A stretch of DNA of 64,000 bases from an uncultured delta proteobacterium (GTDB lineage Bacteria > Desulfobacterota > Binatia > UBA9968): the NCBI GenBank assembly GCA_963745035.1, contig CAVUVW010000011.1, forward strand, positions 160,001-224,000, given 5' to 3'. Position numbers and translations under genes: made by a program. Under the pieces are notes generated by a model. The model saw only the letters and a list, made by a program, of their open reading frames with translations, did not search any database and had not been told where the DNA came from. This document shows, in pieces, positions 56,498 to 64,000 of the stretch. Every line of letters begins with the position of its first letter. Position 1 is the first letter of the stretch.

Positions 56498-56657
56498 AAT
56501 ATCGAAGCACGAAATCCGAAATTCGAAACAATTTTCAATGTTTAAAAAAACGAAATTTCAAACAACGACTATTCAGACTCAGTGTTTTGGATTTGCCGAG
56601 TTTGAGAGTTGCTTGATCGCTGATTGTTTCGGATTTCGATATTCGGATTTCGGATTT
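56498..56657. repeat. Heptamer (GAAATCC)-built inverted-repeat element, copy 2
   Basis: Right arm 56624-56657 is identical over 34 nt to 55337-55370. Confidence 0.85.
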
Positions 56658-56678
56658 GGAACTTCCGGGATGTAGAGG

Positions 56679-59600
56679 ATGCCTCCTACTAAGCGACTAC
56701 CATCAAAAAAGCGCAGTCCCGCTCCTAAGGGGGCCAACGCTAAGCTTGTTCGCGAGAACAAGGAGTTACGGCGGGAGCGTGACGAGAGCGCAGAGCAGCA
56801 GGCCGCGACCAGCGAAATTCTGCGCATGATCGCGCGCGCGCCGGCGGATCTTCAGTCGGTGATGGATACGATTGCCGAGAGTGCTGCTCGGTTGTGTGAT
56901 GCCAAGGATGCTGTGATTTTTCGCGTTGAGGGTGATGTTCAGCAACGGGTGGCGGTATATGGAGCAATGCCAACGGCAACAGCTATTGGAATCCGGGGCA
57001 TTACTCGTGGGACTCCCGTGGGCCGAGCTATCATCGATCGGGAGACGATTCACATCCATGACATCGCGGCAGAGATTGAAACAGAGTTCCCAGAATATCG
57101 GACTATCCAAAAGGCTACCGGCATTAGAACTGCGCTGGCCACACCGCTTATGCGCGACGGTGTGCCGATTGGCGTCATTAACATTCGCCGCATGGAAGTG
57201 CGCCCGTTTACAGACAAGCAAATCAAGCTACTCGAGACCTTCGCTGATCAAGCGGTAATCGCGATCGAGAACGCCCGGCTTATTCATGAACAACAGGCGC
57301 GCAATCGGCAACTGACGGAGACTTTGGAACAGCAGACCGCCACCGGCGAGGTGCTGGAGGTGATCAGCAGTTCACCGACCGACCTTGAACCGGTCTTTCA
57401 AACGATCTTGGCGAACGTCACCCGATTGTGCGAATCCAACATCGCACACGTAGCTCTCTACGACGGCGAAGCGCTAGATGTCGTCGCTCAGCACGGCGCC
57501 ACAAGGGAATTTGCCGAATTCCTCAAGGGCAAACGAAACCCCAGTCGTGAGACTCCGACTCGACTGGCGGCGCTGGAGCGGAGGACTGTTCATGTGTCCG
57601 ATCTGCTGACGGATCCCGAGTTCTCACCCCCGCAGATCGAGGTATACCAAAGGGAGAATATCCGGACGGTATTGTCCGTTCCAATGCTACGCGAAGGCGC
57701 CCTTGTCGGAGTCATGACCACGTGGCGGCGCGAAGTGAGAGCCTTCACGGACAAGCAGATAGCCTTGGTGCAAACCTTTGCCGCACAGGCAGTCATCGCC
57801 ATCGAAAACGTGCGGCTGTTCCAAGAACTCAAGGAATCGTTGGAGCAGCAGACAGCGACGAGTGAGATCCTGGGCGTGATCGCCAGTTCACCGACGGATC
57901 TTAAGCCGGTGCTGGACGCTGTTGCTCGAGAGCGCAGCACGGTTGTGCGAAGCGAACGATGCGCAAATTCGTCGTACTCGACGGTGAAGGTCATCCGAGT
58001 TGCAGCATGTTATGGCCAAATACCGCATGTGGAATTGGGAGTAGACAAGGGCATCAGTCGGGAGATCGTCAATGGCCGCGCGATTATCGAGCGCAGGACC
58101 GTTCACGTCCACGACCTAGCGACAGAAATGGAGAACGAGTTCCCAGCCTCGAGAGTATTCCAGGAACGCTTTGGAACGCGCACCGTCCTTGCTACGCCGC
58201 TACTGCGAGAGGGCGTTCCCATAGGAGTGATTCATGATTCGCCGAACCGAAGTCCAGCCCTTCTCGGACAAGCAAATCAAGCTACTCAAAACTTTCGCCG
58301 CTCAGGCAGTGATCGCCATCGAGAACGTCCGGCTGTTCAAGGAGATCCAGGAGCGCAATGCGGAATTGCGCGAGGCGCTGGAGCATCAGACCGCAACGTC
58401 CGAGGTGCTAGGCATAATCAGCCGCTCGCCGACGGACGTGCAGCCGGTCCTCGACGCGATCGTCGAGAGCGCGCGCGAAGGTTTGCGGGATCGATGACGT
58501 GGTGCTGGGGTTGCGCGAGCAGGAGATGATGAACGCGCGGGCTCATTTTGGCACATACCATACCGGCCGCGATGAGATCAGCGTTGATGACGCCACGGTA
58601 TAACTGGATGCGCGAGCACGGCACGCTCCACGTTCCCGACGTCCGCGCCGCGCAGAACGATTTTCCAACGTTGGGTGTTGTCGGGGGTTTTCGCACCTTC
58701 TTGGCTGCTCCCCTTCGTCAGCAGGGGGAACTCATTGGATTACTGGGCGCACGTCGCACCGAGGTGCGCCCCTTCACCCCGGCGCAGATCAGGCTGCTCG
58801 AGACCTTCGCCGACCAGGCGGTCATCGCCATCGAAAACGTTCGACTATTCCAAGAACTCAAGGAATCTTTGGAACAGCAAACTGCGACGAGTGAAATCTT
58901 AGGCGTCATCGCCAGCTCGCCGACGGATATCCAGCCAGTGTTGGACACGGTCGCGGAAAATGCCGCCCGGCTATGCGAGGCGACTGATGCGCAGATTCGC
59001 CTCGTGGAAGGCGACGGCCATCGATTGGTGGCGTCATTTGGAACTCTCCCAGCCCCGGAGTTTCGAACCACAAGCGTAGAAAACCCATTCAGCCGCGCGA
59101 TTCTTACGCGAGAAACAATACATATTCACGATCTTCAGGAAGGGTCTGGTTATGATTCATCCTCTGGAACACGGACCCTTCTAAGCACACCGATGCTCCG
59201 AGAGGGGACGCCGATAGGTCTGATCAATATCAGGCGCACGGAAGTTCGTCCTTTCTCCGACCGACAGATCAACTTCTTGAAACGTTCGCAGGCAAGCCGT
59301 CATCGCGATCGAGAACGTGCGGCTGTTCAAGGAAATCCAGGAGCGCAACGCGGAATTGCGCGAGGCGCTGGAGCATCAGACCGCGACGGCCGAGGTGCTT
59401 AGCATCATCAGCCGCTCGCCGACGGACGTGCAGCCTGTGCTCGATGCGATCGTCCAGAGCGCGGCAAAGGTTTGCGGGATCCATGATGTGGTACTGCGAT
59501 TGCGGGGGCGCGACACGATGAAAGTGCGGGCGCATTTTGGGTCCATCCCAACTGGTCGTCCGGAGATCAGCGTGGATGAGCCGCAGTATCGCTGGATCGA

Positions 59601-62600
59601 CGAGCACGGCGCGCTTCATATTCCCGACGTTCGCGCGCAGAACGAATTCCCTTCACTGGGTTCCACCGGCTTCGTACCTATTTGGTTGTTCCACTTCTCC
59701 AGCAAGGAGAATTCATTGGGGTACTTGGCCGCGCGTCGCAACGAAGTGCGTCCCTTCACTCCCGCGCAGATCAAACTTCTTGAGACATTTGCTGATCAGG
59801 CAGTCATCGCACTCGAAAACGTGCGGTTGTTCAACGAACTCAAAGAATCTTTGGAGCAGCAAACCGCCACGAGTGAAATCTTAGGCGTCATCGCCAGCTC
59901 GCCGACGGACATTCAGCCGGTGCTGGATGCGGTGGCTGAGAGTGCGGCTCGCTTGTGCGAAGCGCCAGATGCCGTGATCTTCCGCCGAGATGAGGGTGTT
60001 ACTCGACCTGCGGCGCGGTATGGATCGATTCCATTGGCCCGGCCTATTGGAGAAGCTTTTCCTGACACGAGTGGATCGCCTCCTGGAAGAGCGATGATCG
60101 ATCGGAAAACGATTCATGTTCACGACATTGCTGCGGAACTCGATCCGAATATCCGGACTCCAAGCCCCGTCACATAACTACCGGTTCGCGCACGATACTG
60201 GCTACTCCATTGCTGCGTGAAGGCGTGTCAGCAGGCGCAATCATGATCCGCCGCACCGAAGTTCGCCCTTTCACTGATAAACAGATCAAACTTCTTGAAA
60301 CATTCGCTAGCCAAGCGGTCATCGCCATCGAGAACGTCCGGTTATTCCAGGAACTCCAACAACGCAATCGAGATCTTACTGAGGCGCTGGAGCAGCAGAC
60401 GGCCACGAGTGAGGTGCTCGGGTCATCAGCGGCTCGCCGACCGACGTGCAGCCGGTCTTCGATGCGATCGTGCAAAGCGCCACCAGGCTGTGCGAAGCAT
60501 CCTTCGGCTCGGCACACCGCTTCGAAGACGGCTTGGTCACGTTCGATGCGCAGCACGGTATGACGCCCGAACAGTTCAAAATCGGCAAAGAGCGATTTCC
60601 AACACCTCCGTCCCGAGAAACTGCTGTAGGTCGAGCGATCATGAGTCGAGAGGTTAGACATATTCACGACATCGAAGCTGATCCTGAATATGTCTTCATC
60701 CCTCATCAACGGCAGCTCAGCTATCGCACCGTGCTGGCTGTGCCACTGTTAAAGGAGGGCAATCCGATCGGTGCGCTTGGCATGTGGAGACGGGAAGTAA
60801 AGCCGTTCACAGAAAAGCAGATCGCTCTCATTGAAACATTTGCCGACCAGGCGGTCATCGCCATCGAGAACGTGCGGCTGTTCAAAGAGCTAGAGGAACG
60901 TAATCGCCAGATTACCGAAGCTGGAGCAGCAGACGGCAACGAGTGAGATCTTGCGTGTGATCGCGAGCTCGCCGACGGATATTCAGCCCGTACTGGATGT
61001 AGTCGCGGAGAATGCGGCGCGGCTTTGTGAGGCGAGTGACGCTCTGATTTATCGGCAGGCGGACGGCCGGGCCCACTTGGCAGCCCGATTTGGTGATATT
61101 CCTGTTGCGCCTGACCCGCTGCCCATCAGCCGTGGCTTCGTAGGCGGGCGGGCAATGGTGGATCGAAAAACGATTCATGTGCACGATGTCTCCGTGGAGA
61201 ACGAGACAGAGTACCCGGAGGCCAGGCATCTGCAACGGATCGCGGGAGCCCGTACCGTTCTGGGCACGCCTCTGCTTCGCCAGGGCGAACCCATCGGCTC
61301 GATCGTGATTCGCAGGCAGGAGGTTCGGCCTTTTACGGAGAAACACATAAAGCTCCTGGAAACGTTCGCCGACCAAGCTGTGATCGCGATCGAGAACGTC
61401 CGGCTGTTCAAAGAACTCGATACTCGCAATCGCCAACTCACCGAGGCGCTGGAACAGCAGACGGCGACGAGCGAGATATTGCGCGTGATCGCCAGCTCGC
61501 CAACGGATATCCAGCCGGTGTTGGATGTGATGGCCGAAAATGCCGCGAGGCTGTGTGACGCCACGGATGCCGCGATCATTACGAATTGAGGGCGACTCAT
61601 ACGGATCGTGGCGAATTATGGCAACATGCCGATATCCGGCGCGATCGAGTCTCGACCACTTGATTCGTGGTCGTTATTCCGGCTAGAGCGATGATCGACC
61701 GGCAAATGATACATATTCATGACATTGAGGCGTGCCGGAAGACAGATGGATTTCCCGAAGCCTCGGCTCTCGTTAGAAGTCTCGGCATCCGCACGGTTCT
61801 GGCAGCGCCCCTGCTTCGTGAAGGAACTGCGATCGGCGCGATTCTGATTCGTCGCAACAACGGTTCGACCTTTTAGCGAAAAGCAGATCGCGCTTCTAAG
61901 AACCTTCGCCGACCAGGCCGTGATTGCCATCGAGAACGTGCGGCTGTTCCAAGAGTTGCAGGAACGGACGCGCGAATTGGTGGAGTCCATGGAGGAAATG
62001 AAGGCACTGAGCGAGGTCGGGCAAGCAGTAAGCTCGACCCTCGATCTTGAAACTGTGCTGGAAACCATCGTCGCGCGGGCCGTCGAACTGTCGGGGACCG
62101 ATTGCGGCGTTATTTACGAATATGACGAGGCGGCCCAGGAGTTTAATTTGAGGGCGAGCCACCACATGGAAGCCGAGGCAGTTGAAGTGCTTAGGACGGC
62201 GCGCATCCGTCTCGGGGAAGGCGCAACCGGGCAAGCGGCGAGCACGCGCGCGCCGGTGCAGATCCTGGATACGTCCGAAGAGCAGCAACGAGCGGTCTCA
62301 AGGGTAAGACCCGTACTGAATCGATTGGGTTACCGCTCACTACTCACGGTGCCGATCCTGCGCGAGCAGCAGATCATGGGTGGACTGACGCGTGTGGCGG
62401 CGGCGGGTTGGGGAGTTTGAACCGGAGGTGGTTAAGCTCCTGCAAACTTTCGCGACGCAGTCGGCTCTGGCGATCCACAACGCGCGGCTGTTCCGCGAGA
62501 TCGAAGAAAAGGGCCGGGAGATCGAGGCGGCCAACCGGCACAAGTCGGAATTTCTCGCCAACGTGTCGCATGAGCTGCGCACGCCGCTCAACGCGATCAT

Positions 62601-63219
62601 CGGCTTTTCGGAAGTATTGCAGGAGAGATTGTTCGGCGAGTTGAACGAGAAGCAAGCCGAATATACCGACGACATTCTGTCCTCCGGGCGCCATTTGCTG
62701 TCGCTGATCAACGACATTCTGGATCTATCCAAAATCGAAGCGGGGCGCATGGAGTTGGAGGTGACGACGTTTTATCTGCCGGACGCCATCGAGAACGCGC
62801 TCCTGCTCGTGCGCGAGCGCGCCAGCCGGCACGGCATCAAGCTCGATCGCGCCATCGACGACCGGCTCGGGGACTTCACCGGCGACGAGCGGAAGGTCAA
62901 ACAGATTCTCGTCAACATTCTCTCCAATGCGGTCAAGTTCACGCCGGAGGGCGGGCAGGTCAAAGTCGATGCACATTTGGGCGACCACAGCGCGATCATT
63001 TCGATTTCCGACAGCGGCATCGGCATTGCCAAGGAGGATCAAGAAGCGATCTTCGAAGAATTCCGGCAAGTCGGCAGCAACTACGCCCACAAGCGCGAAG
63101 GCACGGGTCTGGGGCTCACGCTGACGAAGCGCTTTGTCGAAATGCACGGCGGCAAAATTTGGGTCGAGAGCGAAGTCGGCAAAGGCAGCACGTTCACTTT
63201 CACGCTGCCGATCGGATAA
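56679..63219 (+). CDS. Giant multi-GAF sensor histidine kinase 3 (~11 GAF), many frameshifts
   Basis: Same modules; [34 protein letters not shown], ends FTFTLPIG. Confidence 0.88.
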
Positions 63220-63223
63220 GAAA

Positions 63224-63327
63224 ATTATCTCGCAAAGGCGCAAAGGCGCTAAGTTAAAGGAGGTGGGAGATGAAATTTGTCTGCGTTTGTTTTTCTAAAC
63301 TTTGCGTCTTGGCGACTTAGCGAGAGA
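63224..63327. repeat. CGCAAAGG-periodic inverted-repeat element, empty copy
   Basis: attatctcgcaaaggcgcaaaggcgctaagtt ... tttctaaactttgcgtcttggcgacttagcgagaga. Confidence 0.85.
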
Positions 63328-63348
63328 TCTCCGGATCCGGATCGGAGT

Positions 63349-63795
63349 ATTATCTCGCAAACGCAAAGGCGCTAAGTTATGACGGAGAATGATATCGGAA
63401 GAATCGTTGTCGATGCAGCGATTGCAGTACATCGGGAGCTTGGGCCGGGTTTGCTCGAAAGCGTGTACGAAGTCATTATGGCCTACGAATTAGGACGACG
63501 TGATCTCTCAGTGAGACGGCAGGTTCCGATACCGATCCACTACAAACAGATGATATTCGAAGAGGCGTTCCGCGCCGACTTGGTGGTCGAAGACAAGATT
63601 ATCATAGAGCTAAAATCAATTGAGCAAGTCAGCGAGGCCCACAAGAAACAGCTCCTGACTTATCTGCGGCTAACAGGCTGTAAACTGGGATTCCTTCTTA
63701 ACTTTGGTGAGGCGCTGATGAAGCGGGGCATAACGCGCACTGCAAACGGAATCGAGGATTTCTAAACTTTGCGTCTTTGCGCCTTTGCGAGAGAA
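63349..63795 (+). mobile_element. Putative GxxExxY cassette bounded by periodic inverted repeats
   Basis: Left arm 63349-63378 abuts the ATG; right arm 63759-63795 contains the TAA; mobility is inferred, not shown. Confidence 0.5.
63379..63765 (+). CDS. GxxExxY protein (PD-(D/E)XK nuclease superfamily)
   Basis: VHRELGPGLLESVYE, RQVPIPIHY, FRADLVVEDKIIIELKS, QLLTYLRLTG, GFLLNFG. Confidence 0.95.
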   Translation: MTENDIGRIVVDAAIAVHRELGPGLLESVYEVIMAYELGRRDLSVRRQVPIPIHYKQMIFEEAFRADLVVEDKIIIELKSIEQVSEAHKKQLLTYLRLTGCKLGFLLNFGEALMKRGITRTANGIEDF

Positions 63796-63809
63796 AATCC
63801 GAAAATCCT

Positions 63810-64000
63810 ATGGCTAATGAACTGATTTTGATCGTCGAGGATAATGAAAAGAACCGGAAGCTTGCCCGGGATGTACTCCAGGTCAAGGGTTATAGGACCA
63901 TCGAAAGCGAAACGGCGGAGGAAGGGCTTAAACTCATTGTAGAGAAAGGTCCGGACCTCATTCTTATGGACATCCAACTGCCGGGCATGGATGGCATCAC
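63810..64000 (+). CDS. Response regulator receiver (DivK-like), 3' truncated by window edge
   Basis: MANELILIVEDNEKNRKLARDVLQVKGY...PDLILMDIQLPGMDGIT. Confidence 0.92.
   Translation, partial: MANELILIVEDNEKNRKLARDVLQVKGYRTIESETAEEGLKLIVEKGPDLILMDIQLPGMDGI

Noticed and set aside
42490-63219. CRISPR-like repeat/spacer pattern in the GAF region
   Set aside because: Repeats are ~160 nt, protein-coding, vary at synonymous sites and are ~500 nt apart; no cas genes.
42490-63219. Diversity-generating retroelement acting on GAF modules
   Set aside because: No reverse transcriptase in the window and no evident adenine-specific TR/VR pair.
42556-63243. Many recurring antisense ORFs ([10 protein letters not shown]..., [17 protein letters not shown]...)
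   Set aside because: Shadow frames of the repeated GAF linker in high-GC DNA.
49033-63795. Integron cassette array with attC sites
   Set aside because: No IntI gene; hairpins lack clear RYYYAAC/GTTRRRY boxes and belong to different families.

Overview
GC-rich bacterial chromosomal window. Gene content (Bug/TctC binding proteins, LLM oxidoreductase, multi-GAF kinases) suggests a soil Deltaproteobacteria/Candidatus Binatia-like genome, which is an inference. Many single-base frameshifts point to an imperfectly polished long-read assembly. Layout: 0-7 kb metabolic genes plus a DUF4160-type TA pair. 7-17 kb a ~3100-aa Sec-secreted teneurin-like Rhs/YD toxin with a ~960-aa Gly-rich triple-repeat cassette inserted inside the YD shell, followed by a probable immunity gene. 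20-25 kb a partial sulfur-oxidation cluster (fccB, cytochrome c, soxY, soxZ, YeeE/YedE). 26-42 kb MBL-fold paralogs, two Bug proteins, a TAXI-TRAP system, DUF2330 + RnfD-like pair and several odd domain fusions. 42.5-63.2 kb three giant cytoplasmic histidine kinases built from about 32 GAF modules (11+10+11) joined by near-constant DNA linkers. The window ends with a GxxExxY nuclease gene and a response regulator. Intergenic spaces contain several families of palindromes built from 7- or 9-nt periodic units. One family brackets the GxxExxY gene exactly from start to stop codon and also occurs as an empty copy beside it. The strongest novelty candidates are this GxxExxY/periodic-palindrome cassette, the modular GAF-array kinases and the Rhs shell insertion. 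No rRNA, tRNA, CRISPR array, transposase or integrase was recognised.
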